Below are positions 45,415-56,488 of a stretch of DNA of 64,000 nucleotides, piece by piece; the first letter of the stretch is position 1, and each line of letters opens with the position of its first letter. The translations under genes were made by a program, and so were the position numbers. This stretch comes from Candidatus Dormibacteria bacterium (GTDB lineage Bacteria > Chloroflexota > Dormibacteria > Aeolococcales > Bog-877). A model generated the notes under the pieces. It was not told the origin of the DNA and searched no databases. It saw only the letters and a program-made list of their open reading frames with translations. The stretch lies in the NCBI GenBank assembly GCA_050734425.1, contig JBOHUL010000021.1:140-64139 (forward strand). Reading direction: 5' to 3'.

Positions 45415-46455
45415 TCAGAGGGCAGGTCGACGGGGCGGTCGGGCCCGCCGCCCCACCGCACCGGGCGGCGCTGGTCCGCTGGCGTCCGCGATCTCGACCT
45501 GGCGCTGACTGGACGGCAGCAGACTAGCACCCGCCGACGGCGGCGGCCAGCCCGGACGCTGCTGGCTCAGATGGAAGAGCAGGAGGTACTGGGCCGTGAA
45601 GCTGGCGGGTCCGTAGTCTGCGGTCATTCCCAGCACGTCGGAGGCCGACGGGAGGAGGGCGAGCCCGTAGGCCAGCTGGACCGCCTTGCGTACCCCCAGG
45701 TCGCCCGCGACCACCACAGGGCGCCCCAGCACCCGGTTCAGGTACTGGGACGCCGTCCAGGGCCCGATCCCCGGCAGCTCTGTGAGTAGACCCAGAGCCT
45801 CGCTCGCGGAGGCTCGCTCCAGGGCCGCGAAGGAGAGCGCCCCGCTGCAGATCGCCCGGCCCAGGGCCCGCAGGCAGCGGCCCTTGGCCGCCGTTAGGCG
45901 AAGCGAGCGCCAGGTCTCGTCCGTAGCCCGCGCCATCCGCTCGGGATCGGGGGCGAGCACGAAGTCGTCTCCCAAAGGGATCCGCCGGCCCAGGCGTCCC
46001 AGGATGGCCCGGCGGACACTGAGCGCGAATGCCAGGTTGACCTGCTGCGCAGTCACCATGGCCAGGAGCGCGCCCAGGGGGTCGAGGTAGAGAACGGGAA
46101 AGATGCCGGGATAGCGCCGGTGCAGCCCGGCGATCACCGGGTCCCGGCCCGCCAGCTCCGCCACCGCCGCCTGCTCGTCGACGAACATCGCCTCCAGCCG
46201 GCGCCTCAGTCCGCCAGGCGAAGATCCGGGACCGGCCACCTCCACCGCCAGGGTTGCCGTTTTAGGGACGCGCCCGAAGCGGACCGCCCCCGCCTCGCCG
46301 TCGATCCGGAACGGCCGGGCGAAGCGGCGCCCGTCCCAACGATCCATCAGGTCGTCGCCGTGGCGCCTGAAGCGCTCCAGGGAGGCGTCCAGGTCCAGCC
46401 CCCGAGGCAGTCGCAGCCGGCCAGGGATGGCGGTCGCGCTCCCCTCCGGCCTCAG
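45415..46455 (-). CDS. alkA: DNA-3-methyladenine glycosylase II (AlkA-like, HhH-GPD superfamily)
   Basis: MVTAQQVNLAFA, LRLTAAKGRCL and the hairpin LPGIGPWTASQYL. The 5' end is set provisionally at CTG 46455. The first ATG, at 46349, would remove a conserved N-terminal block. The 711-aa track ORF is an over-extension across the upstream gene. Confidence 0.8.
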   Translation of the reverse strand: MRPEGSATAIPGRLRLPRGLDLDASLERFRRHGDDLMDRWDGRRFARPFRIDGEAGAVRFGRVPKTATLAVEVAGPGSSPGGLRRRLEAMFVDEQAAVAELAGRDPVIAGLHRRYPGIFPVLYLDPLGALLAMVTAQQVNLAFALSVRRAILGRLGRRIPLGDDFVLAPDPERMARATDETWRSLRLTAAKGRCLRALGRAICSGALSFAALERASASEALGLLTELPGIGPWTASQYLNRVLGRPVVVAGDLGVRKAVQLAYGLALLPSASDVLGMTADYGPASFTAQYLLLFHLSQQRPGWPPPSAGASLLPSSQRQVEIADASGPAPPGAVGRRARPPRRPAL

Positions 46456-47540
46456 GTCCGGGAGCGGGAGGCGGCGGCAACGACCTCGGCGTAGCCCCAG
46501 CTGGGCTCCGGCAGGGGACCGCTGGGCCCGGGAGCGGCACCCACCCCGATCGCGAAGCGCGCCGGGTCCCGCTGGGCCAGCCAATTCGGGAGCAGGCTGC
46601 TGGCTATGGCCAGGAGCAGCCAGCCCAAGAAGAGCGGCACCCCCACCGACCAGATGTCCAGGGCCAGATAGAAGTGGAAGTCGAAGGGGTCCATGGCCTG
46701 GAAGCCCGCCATGATCAAGGCCACCAGACCGAAGACGACGGAGATGACGGCGAAGCCGTGGGCCAGCGTCCGCCCCCGCGTCGCCCGGAGGCGGTCGACG
46801 GGATTGGTCTCGACCGGCAACTCCTCGCCCCGGCGCCAGCGCCAGAGCACCACCAACATCGAGGCCCAGACGATCCCACCCAGGGAGAAGACCACCACCC
46901 CGAGCCCGATCAGGTTGTGGGCCACCGCCAGGGACTGACCCTGGGTCACGGCGTAGGCGCCTTGATTGAGCAGCAGCCCCCCACCAGACAGGAGGGCCCC
47001 GCCGAAGACGAGGAGCGTCGCCACCAGCGACTTGTCGGGTCCGTGCCAGCGGTAGACCGGGCGTTTCTGATCGAGGGGGCCAAGGATCTTCCACACCAAG
47101 GGGGCCCCAACCACCCAACCCAGCCAGGGGGGCACGATCGCGGGCAGCCAGTCGACCAGCAGGTTGAAGTGAAAGGCCTGGATGTCCCAGACACCTAGCA
47201 AGTTCATCCCGAGCCAGATCGCCAGGGTGTAGACGAGCAGGTAGAAGAAGGAGCCGGCGATCAGGTTGTAGCGGGCCTGCGCCAGCCGCTGCAGCCCGCC
47301 ACTGGGTGGCGCCAGAAGTCCAGCCACCTTCCAATAGAGCGGCCCGAAAAGCACGAGGATGATGAGCACCGGAGTCAGCCAGGGCAGGATGTCCATGAGC
47401 AGGTTGAAGTGGAAAGTGACGGGATTGAGCGCCTTGAGGAGGAGCATCAGACACCAGACCACCCCGATGAAGGCGGCCCCCAGGAAGCAGGCACCCAGCA
47501 GCACATCGAAACGGCGTTGAGCCAAGCTCGTCAGCTTCAC
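46452..47540 (-). CDS. Polytopic membrane protein with three internal repeats (FHFNLL-type motif)
   Basis: The repeats are NPVTFHFNLLMDILPWLTPVLIILVLFGPLYWKVAG, DIQAFHFNLLVDWLPAIVPPWLGWVVGAPLVWKILG and DPFDFHFYLALDIWSVGVPLFLGWLLLAIASSLL. The start is set at GTG 47540 (VKLTSLAQRRFDVLLG). Confidence 0.6.
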   Translation of the reverse strand: MKLTSLAQRRFDVLLGACFLGAAFIGVVWCLMLLLKALNPVTFHFNLLMDILPWLTPVLIILVLFGPLYWKVAGLLAPPSGGLQRLAQARYNLIAGSFFYLLVYTLAIWLGMNLLGVWDIQAFHFNLLVDWLPAIVPPWLGWVVGAPLVWKILGPLDQKRPVYRWHGPDKSLVATLLVFGGALLSGGGLLLNQGAYAVTQGQSLAVAHNLIGLGVVVFSLGGIVWASMLVVLWRWRRGEELPVETNPVDRLRATRGRTLAHGFAVISVVFGLVALIMAGFQAMDPFDFHFYLALDIWSVGVPLFLGWLLLAIASSLLPNWLAQRDPARFAIGVGAAPGPSGPLPEPSWGYAEVVAAASRSRT

Positions 47541-47617
47541 CGCGATCCATGGTACCGGCGGCTGGGCGGCTCGGCGAGAAGATTGAGTCGCGGTAGCTCC
47601 CGGCCCCGGGCGCGCCG

Positions 47618-47639
47618 GCTGTAGCCGATGAGCTACAGC
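47618..47639. promoter_or_regulatory. Inverted repeat spanning the antitoxin start codon (candidate TA operator)
   Basis: GCTGTAGC-cgatga-GCTACAGC has perfect 8-bp arms. The ATG of the Phd/YefM-type antitoxin (47628) sits in the spacer. Confidence 0.5.
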
Positions 47640-47885
47640 GGGCCCATGGGCACCGTGTCGGTGCGGGAACTGCGCAACCACACGGCCGAGGTACTCCGGC
47701 GCGTCGAAGCGGGGGAGCGGCTCCGGGTAATGGTCGACCGGCGTCCTGTGGCGGAACTGGTCCCGCTTCCGCAGCGGGCCACCTGGGTTGGCCGCGACCG
47801 GGTCGTCGCCAGCCTCACGCAGGCCGATCCAGACCTGCGGGACGAACTGAACCGCGCCCTCGGCGACACCGTGGACCAGCTATGA
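47628..47885 (+). CDS. Type II antitoxin, Phd/YefM family
   Basis: GTVSVRELRNHTAEVLRRVEAGERLRVMVDRRPVAELVPL. 85 aa. It overlaps the downstream PIN gene by 4 nt. Confidence 0.85.
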   Translation: MSYSGPMGTVSVRELRNHTAEVLRRVEAGERLRVMVDRRPVAELVPLPQRATWVGRDRVVASLTQADPDLRDELNRALGDTVDQL

Positions 47886-48268
47886 GAGGCGTACTCGACA
47901 CCTCGATCTTCATCGCTGCGGAGCAGGGCCGGAGGCTGGCCACGGACTCACTTCCAGAGGAGGCCGCGGTCTCGGTGGTCACCATCGCAGAACTGGAACT
48001 CGGAGTACATCTAGCCATGGGGCCGAAGGGACGGCGGGGCCGTCTCGCCACCTTGAGTGCGGTGCAGTCCACCTATGCTGCCCTACCGATTGATGATGAG
48101 GTGGCTTCCGCCTTCGCTCAAATCGCAGCCGAGGCCAAGCGGCCGGGGCGGCGACCCCGAGTGCAGGACAGCTGGATCGGCGCGACCGCCGCTGCACGCC
48201 AGGTCCCCGTCTTCACCCAGGATGCCGACTTTGACGGCATACCTGGCGTTCAGGTCGTTCGGGTCTGA
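47882..48268 (+). CDS. vapC: PIN-domain toxin VapC
   Basis: VLDTSIFIAAE... and the acidic residues of a PIN fold (...TIAELELG..., QDSWIGATA, FTQDADF). 128 aa. Confidence 0.85.
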   Translation: MRGVLDTSIFIAAEQGRRLATDSLPEEAAVSVVTIAELELGVHLAMGPKGRRGRLATLSAVQSTYAALPIDDEVASAFAQIAAEAKRPGRRPRVQDSWIGATAAARQVPVFTQDADFDGIPGVQVVRV

Positions 48269-48376
48269 ACCCGGGACCGCTCTCCTAAGGCTGCCGTCAG
48301 CCCGTGCCCTGCCGCCAGGTGCCAGCCCGGCTCTCACCCGACGCGGTGCGCCGCGCCGGGGGTCCCGAGGGCTGAC

Positions 48377-48697
48377 CTAGGTCGAGTGGAAGATCACGAC
48401 CAACCCGGTGAAGATAAGTACCAGTGAGATCACCGCCAGGCAGCCGAAGTCAAAGCTCACCAGAAGCCTAAGCCGACCGGAGAGGTTCCCGACCAGGGGC
48501 GAGCGCAAGGGGCGGGACGCCGGCGGTAGCGGGCCCTGACGCGGGAGTGGCTCCGCCTTCTTGGCCCGGGCCCATATCCCCCTCAGGCTGATGGTTGCGC
48601 CGCCGGCCATCAGCAGGCCAACCAGCAGGATGACGATGCCGAGGCCCACTCCGCCGCTGTGGGGACTGGTCGCCAGGAACACGTCCTTCAAACACAT
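48377..48697 (-). CDS. Hypothetical small membrane protein
   Basis: Two hydrophobic segments (GLGIVILLVGLLMAGGATI and FGCLAVISLVLIFTGLVVIF). No family recognised. Confidence 0.4.
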   Translation of the reverse strand: MCLKDVFLATSPHSGGVGLGIVILLVGLLMAGGATISLRGIWARAKKAEPLPRQGPLPPASRPLRSPLVGNLSGRLRLLVSFDFGCLAVISLVLIFTGLVVIFHST

Positions 48698-48733
48698 GGC
48701 TCTGCCGCCGGCTTCGCGCCGGCGGCGACCGAA

Positions 48734-48964
48734 CTAGGGCAGGGCTCGGTACTCGCGCCTGGCGGCGCGGATCCAGCCGCCGATTGAGACCACGATGATG
48801 ATGAGGCCGATGATCACCACTTCCAGCTTGGTTATCACGCCGATCAGGGCCATAGCCACCCCGATGGCCAGAACGAAGGGCCAGAAGCTGGGGCCGGGGA
48901 CCTCGTGCTCGGCCTCGCCCGTGGGGCCCTTGGGAGGCTCGGTCGGGATCTGCTCACTTGACAT
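48734..48964 (-). CDS. Small two-TM protein, possibly cytochrome c oxidase subunit IV-like
   Basis: GPSFWPFVLAIGVAMALIGVI...IIGLIIIVVSIGGWI. It is the last gene of the oxidase cluster. The assignment rests on context and a loosely remembered motif. Confidence 0.4.
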   Translation of the reverse strand: MSSEQIPTEPPKGPTGEAEHEVPGPSFWPFVLAIGVAMALIGVITKLEVVIIGLIIIVVSIGGWIRAARREYRALP

Positions 48965-49079
48965 GTGAGGAGCTCAAATAGATGGCGGCCCAGATGAAGG
49001 CGATGGCGACCATCAGGATGGCGATGATCGTCAGAAAGATCCCAAAACGGACGTTGCCGCGGGCATCTTTGCGCTCCAC
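48954..49079 (-). CDS. Candidate 41-codon hydrophobic micro-ORF between ctaA and the subunit IV-like gene
   Basis: Its GTG follows the ctaA TGA directly (TGAGTG). The product is VERKDARGNVRFGIFLTIIAILMVAIAFIWAAIYLSSSHVK. Its stop overlaps the next gene's start region. It is below the ORF-track length cutoff. Confidence 0.25.
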   Translation of the reverse strand: MERKDARGNVRFGIFLTIIAILMVAIAFIWAAIYLSSSHVK

Positions 49080-50084
49080 TCAGTTGTCTCCTGTGCCAGG
49101 TCGAGCCAGCGTCGACGCTGGTCTCACCCCTCCGAGTAAACCACGCCCGGACACCGCCGTCGCCCCTAAGGAACCGGCGTCGGCCGCGGCCAACCAGCCC
49201 AGCGCCGCCAGCACCACGACGCTGGCCCATGTCGCCGACCCCAGGGCCAGGTGCAGATCCTGGAGCGCCTCCGGGGCCTGAAGGGTCGCGACCAGCCCGC
49301 CCACCGCGATCTGAGCCAGGAGGAGCGCTCCAATCACCCGCGAGACCACCCTGGCCCCCGGCACCGGACGCCAGCGCCGCACCGCGAGCATCACGAAGAA
49401 GGCGATGAGGATGGTCGTCAGCAGCACCACCAGCCGGTGCACGTCCTGGATCACGACCAACTGGGTCGGTACTCCGGGGACAGAGAAGCAGGCCGGCCAG
49501 GACGGGCAGGCGTAGGTCGCACCGCCGTCCACCACCAAGGAGCCGGAGATCATGACAACGAAGGTCGCACCCACCGCCCAGTAGGCGCGCTGGGCCACCC
49601 GCCGACCCACTGCCGACCGCCACGGCACCAGGGTCGCGACTGCGGTCACCCAGACCACCCCCAGAAGGATCATGGCGGTGAGCAGATGCAGGGCCACGGT
49701 GATGGGGGCGTTGTGGGTGATCACAGTGACCGCCCCCAGGATGATCTGGATCACGATGATCACCAGGGCCGCCACCGCGGGGTACAGCACCGTTCGGCGC
49801 CGACGCGCGAAGTACCAGGCTGAAAGTGCGGTCAGTACCACCAGCACCGTGACCAGCGTCACCAGGTAGCGGTGGGACTGCTCCATGATCGAGTGGAAGT
49901 TGTCGACCGGCCCCAGTTGGCCGTAGCAGAGCGGCCAGCCGGGGCAACCCATCCCCGACTCCGTGACGCGGACGGTGCTCCCCAGGATCACGAGGCAGTA
50001 GGTGGCCACCCCGGTCAGGGTGGCCAGCACCGGTAAGGCCAGCCGCAGGCGCTCCCCCCGGAGCCGCTCGGCGCCCTGTTTCAA
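49080..50084 (-). CDS. ctaA: Heme A synthase (COX15/CtaA family)
   Basis: GSTVRVTESGMGCPGWPLCYG, conserved His-containing helices (QSHRYL, ALHLLTA, DVHRLV, DLHLALG), 334 aa. Confidence 0.85.
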   Translation of the reverse strand: MKQGAERLRGERLRLALPVLATLTGVATYCLVILGSTVRVTESGMGCPGWPLCYGQLGPVDNFHSIMEQSHRYLVTLVTVLVVLTALSAWYFARRRRTVLYPAVAALVIIVIQIILGAVTVITHNAPITVALHLLTAMILLGVVWVTAVATLVPWRSAVGRRVAQRAYWAVGATFVVMISGSLVVDGGATYACPSWPACFSVPGVPTQLVVIQDVHRLVVLLTTILIAFFVMLAVRRWRPVPGARVVSRVIGALLLAQIAVGGLVATLQAPEALQDLHLALGSATWASVVVLAALGWLAAADAGSLGATAVSGRGLLGGVRPASTLARPGTGDN

Positions 50085-51736
50085 GGCAGCACCGTGCCCG
50101 GTGGATTGATCTTGTGACCACCGAGCCGCAGATCGCGAAGCGGTCGGTCGCTGGTTACTAGCGGGACTTCGTCAAAGTTGTAGGGCGGTGGGGGGGAGGT
50201 GGTGTACCACTCCAGTGAGTTGCCCTCCCATGGATCGTTGGGAGCGGTCTTGGGCGCGTGGAGCGAGATCACCACGTTGTAGACGAAGAGCAGGATCGAG
50301 AGCCCGATGATGAAGGCGCCGACGGTCTCCGTCAGGTTGAGCGCCCCCCAGCCCCGGTCGGCCCCGTAGGTAGAAATCCGGCGGGGCATTCCCAGGACTC
50401 CGAGGATGTGCATCGGCATGAAGGTGACGTTGAAGCCGATGAAGATCACCCAGAACTGCCACTTTCCCAGGCGCTCGTTGAGGTAGGTGCCGAATATCTT
50501 AGGCCACCAGTAGTAGATGCCGGCGAAGAATGCAAAGAGCGAACCGCCCACCAGGACGTAGTGGATGTGAGCCACGACCCAATAGGTGCCGTTGAGCTCG
50601 TAGTCGATCCCCAGAGAGGCCAGGAATACGCCGTCCAAGCCGCCTATAAGGAACATGATCACGAAACCCACGGCGAAGAGCATCGCCGTGGTGAAACGTA
50701 TGGATCCCCCCCAGAGGGTCCCCAACCAGTTGAATATCTTGACCCCGGTTGGCACGGCTATGAGCATCGTCGCCGCCATGAAGAAGATCTGCACCGGCAC
50801 CGGCATCCCCACCGTGAACATGTGGTGGGCGAAGACCATGAACCCCAACACCCCGATCGCGGCCATGGACATGGCCATCGTCCGGTAGCCGAATATCGGC
50901 TTTCGGGTGAAGACGGGAAGCACTTCAGAGATGATCCCGAAGCCGGGTAGCACCATGATGTACACGGCAGGATGTGAGTAGAACCAGAAGATGAGCTGGT
51001 AGAGGAGGACATTGCCGCCTCCTGCAGGATTGAAGAAGTCAGTGCCCAGCTGCCGGTCCAACAGCACCATCGCCAGGGAGGCGGCGAGGAAGGGCGAGGC
51101 CAAAAGGATTAGAGCCGAGGTCACCTCCATCGCCCACACGAACAGGGGGATGCGATACCAGGTCATTCCCGGAGCCCGCATGCGGTGGATCGTGACAAGG
51201 AAGTTGACCGCGCCCATGACCGAGGAGATGCCGATGATGTGCAGGCCCAGGATCCACAGGTCCTGTCCCACCTCGGGCGAGTAGAGCTTCTCGGACAGAG
51301 GAACGTATCCGGTCCAGCCCGCCTGGGCGGCGCCACCGAAGAAGAAGCCGCTGTACATAACAATTCCGCTCAACGGCAACAGCCAGAAGGCAAAGGCGTT
51401 GATCCGGGGGAATGCCATGTCCTTGGCACCGATCATCAACGGCACCATGAAGTTGCCAAACGCGCTCCAGACCGGGATTACGAAGAGGAAGATCATCGTC
51501 GTCCCGTGCATCGTGAAGAGCTGGTCGTACTGAGTTGCGGTAAGGAACTTGTTGTTGGGCTGCGCCAGCTGTGTCCGGATCAGAAGCGCCATCAGGCCGC
51601 CGATCAAAAAGAAGGTGAAGGTGGCGTAGAAGTAAAGGACCGCAATCTTCTTGTGGTCGGTGGTGGTGACCCACTCCCAGACCTTTCCGTACGAGCGGGG
51701 CGCCTCCCGGGTCAGCGGAATGTCAGCGGTGCTCAT
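50081..51736 (-). CDS. ctaD: Cytochrome c oxidase subunit I
   Basis: WVTTTDHKKIAVLYF..., GHPEVY-like FWFYSHPAVYIMVLPGFG, and HHMFTVGM. 551 aa. Confidence 0.97.
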   Translation of the reverse strand: MSTADIPLTREAPRSYGKVWEWVTTTDHKKIAVLYFYATFTFFLIGGLMALLIRTQLAQPNNKFLTATQYDQLFTMHGTTMIFLFVIPVWSAFGNFMVPLMIGAKDMAFPRINAFAFWLLPLSGIVMYSGFFFGGAAQAGWTGYVPLSEKLYSPEVGQDLWILGLHIIGISSVMGAVNFLVTIHRMRAPGMTWYRIPLFVWAMEVTSALILLASPFLAASLAMVLLDRQLGTDFFNPAGGGNVLLYQLIFWFYSHPAVYIMVLPGFGIISEVLPVFTRKPIFGYRTMAMSMAAIGVLGFMVFAHHMFTVGMPVPVQIFFMAATMLIAVPTGVKIFNWLGTLWGGSIRFTTAMLFAVGFVIMFLIGGLDGVFLASLGIDYELNGTYWVVAHIHYVLVGGSLFAFFAGIYYWWPKIFGTYLNERLGKWQFWVIFIGFNVTFMPMHILGVLGMPRRISTYGADRGWGALNLTETVGAFIIGLSILLFVYNVVISLHAPKTAPNDPWEGNSLEWYTTSPPPPYNFDEVPLVTSDRPLRDLRLGGHKINPPGTVLP

Positions 51737-51756
51737 GACTCCTCAATGACTCGCGC

Positions 51757-52500
51757 TCACGACTTGCTCTGCAGGTAGGACTCGTACTGGGCCATCGACA
51801 CGGCTTTGACCGTGATGAGCATCGAATAGTGGCCAACGCCACAGAACTCGTAACACTGGCCGTCATAGGTGCCCTTGGTACCGGCCTCGATGAAGGCGTG
51901 GTTGATGATCCCGGGGAGGGCGTCGATCTTGGCCCCCATCTGCGGCACCCAGAAGCCGTGGATGACGTCCTTGGAGCTGAGGGTCAACAGGATGGGCGAG
52001 TTGACCGGGATCTCCAGCGTGCCAATCGACTGCTTGTGGTTCGGGTAGATGAAAGTCCACTCGAACTGCTGTCCGATGACCGTGATGTGGACCGGATTGC
52101 GACCCGCGGGGGTCGCCGGGTTGGGCCCGTTGCGGAGATACCCGACGGTGAAGGCAGAGAGGAAGAAGAGGGCGGTAAGCAGGAGCAGCGGTCCGATGAC
52201 CCAGGCGCGCTCGATCTTGCGGTTACCGTGGATCTGGCGCGGCATCTCGTCGGGCGATCGGCGCCGGAATCGGATGCAGGCGAAGACGATGCCACCGCCG
52301 ACCCCGATCAGGACCGCCACGGAACATCCCAGAAAGACGTAGAAGAGCATGTCTATGGTGTCCACCGCCGGACCCCCGCCGCTCAGGAAGTTGGTGTTGG
52401 CGGCGAAGACCGGGCTCAGGCCGGTGGCGGCAGCCGCCAGCGCACCCAGGAAGCCTCCGGCAAGTAGCCTGCCTCCCGGGCGCCAGCCTCTGGTCCTCAA
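51757..52500 (-). CDS. ctaC: Cytochrome c oxidase subunit II (CuA domain, no fused cytochrome c)
   Basis: The CuA site is HGFWVPQMGAKIDALPG...CYEFCGVGHYSM. I set the start at TTG 52500, preceded by a GGAGGAG Shine-Dalgarno. The longer track ORF is probably an over-extension. Confidence 0.9.
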   Translation of the reverse strand: MRTRGWRPGGRLLAGGFLGALAAAATGLSPVFAANTNFLSGGGPAVDTIDMLFYVFLGCSVAVLIGVGGGIVFACIRFRRRSPDEMPRQIHGNRKIERAWVIGPLLLLTALFFLSAFTVGYLRNGPNPATPAGRNPVHITVIGQQFEWTFIYPNHKQSIGTLEIPVNSPILLTLSSKDVIHGFWVPQMGAKIDALPGIINHAFIEAGTKGTYDGQCYEFCGVGHYSMLITVKAVSMAQYESYLQSKS

Positions 52501-52675
52501 GCGCTCCTCCGCAACTCCTTGCCTCGCCGCCCAGGGCCAGCGAACTGGGTGCCCGACCCCGCAACTGCCTCGAGTATGGCCGCCGCCCGATCTCACTGTC
52601 AAACAGAATGGACCAGGGACTGCCAAGCCCCGCGAACTACCATTGAGGCTGCGGCGGCGCAGTCTGGGAGAAGTC

Positions 52676-55348
<2,673 letters not shown>

Positions 55349-55382
55349 TCCTGAGGGGCTGGCGACCCACGTCAGCTCGCCG

Positions 55383-56393
55383 GTGGAGCGGGTCCTGATT
55401 GGCCCGGGCTCGCGGCGAGGGCTGGGGCCCGAGCTGGAGCGGCTTGCGGTCACCGGGGCGGTGCTGGTCTGCTCCCGGACTTTGGCCGAGACAAGCCCCT
55501 TCGCGCGGGAGGTTGAGAGGCTGATCGGAGAGCGGCACCGTTCCACCTTCACGGGGCTGAGCCAGCACACGCCGGAGGCCGCGGTGGCAGCCCTGGCCAC
55601 GGAGATCCGGGGCTCTCGGGCCGATGCCCTGATCAGCCTCGGGGGCGGCAGCGTCATCGATGGTTGCAAGGTGGCGCTGCACCAGGTGGGAGTGGAGCCG
55701 GGGTTGCACGTCGCCTTGCCCACAACCCTATCCGGGGCCGAGTTCACCGCTCCCGCGGGCGTGACCGAGTCCGCGAGTCGACAGAAGCGGCGGGTCGTCG
55801 ACCGGGGGACCGCCCCCCGAGTGGTCATCCTCGACCCGGAGCTGACTCTGGCGACGCCGCCGGACCTCTGGCTGGGGAGCGGGATGCGGGCCCTGGACCA
55901 CGCGGTCGAGACACTGCTGTCGCCGGTGCAGGACCCGCTGGCCCAAGAGCTGGCGCTGATGGCGGTGCCCAAGTTGCTCCGGGCCCTGTGCCGCTGCCGC
56001 GAGGACCCAGCCGCCCTGGGCCCGCGTGGAGAAGCTCAAGTCGCCGCCTGGTGGGCGGCACTCGGGCTGGCCTCAGTCCCCATGGGACCGAGCCACAGCT
56101 TGGGCAAGCTGCTGGGGTCCCCCTTCGACATCCCCCACGGGATCACCTCGGCGGTCCTGCTCCCCGTCGTGATCGAGCGCACCGCCGAGCTGGAGCCGGA
56201 GCGGGTGGCCCTGCTCGCGCCCGCCTTCGGCGTCACCAGCGCGACCGAGGTCGCGCCCTCCTGCCGACGTCTGGCGCAGGACCTGGGGCTGCCGACGACG
56301 CTGGCCGGGGCCGGGCTCTCCCGGGCCGACCTCCCCCGCTACCTCGACAGCCTGCCGCCGCAGTGGCGGGACCCCGTGGCCTCCGCCTACTGA
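55383..56393 (+). CDS. Iron-containing alcohol dehydrogenase family protein (maleylacetate reductase-like)
   Basis: ALISLGGGSVIDGCK, LPTTLSGAEF and MRALDHAVE. The start is uncertain: GTG 55383, or an upstream CTG near 55359. Confidence 0.8.
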   Translation: MERVLIGPGSRRGLGPELERLAVTGAVLVCSRTLAETSPFAREVERLIGERHRSTFTGLSQHTPEAAVAALATEIRGSRADALISLGGGSVIDGCKVALHQVGVEPGLHVALPTTLSGAEFTAPAGVTESASRQKRRVVDRGTAPRVVILDPELTLATPPDLWLGSGMRALDHAVETLLSPVQDPLAQELALMAVPKLLRALCRCREDPAALGPRGEAQVAAWWAALGLASVPMGPSHSLGKLLGSPFDIPHGITSAVLLPVVIERTAELEPERVALLAPAFGVTSATEVAPSCRRLAQDLGLPTTLAGAGLSRADLPRYLDSLPPQWRDPVASAY

Positions 56394-56458
56394 GGCGGAG
56401 GCCCTGGGCGCGGCCCGGCTCGCTCGGCGGTGACCGGTTCGGCGCTGCCTTCTTGCTT

Positions 56459-56473
56459 TGATTCTCATTCTCA
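56459..56473. promoter_or_regulatory. Candidate Zur (Fur-family) box between -35-like TTGCTT and -10-like TACAAT
   Basis: TGATTCTCATTCTCA matches 11 of 15 positions, on the reverse complement, to the actinobacterial Zur palindrome TGAAAATGATTTTCA as I recall it. It is an AT-rich island directly upstream of znuA, and a Fur-family gene ends the operon. Confidence 0.45.
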
Positions 56474-56488
56474 TTGTACAATCCAGCC

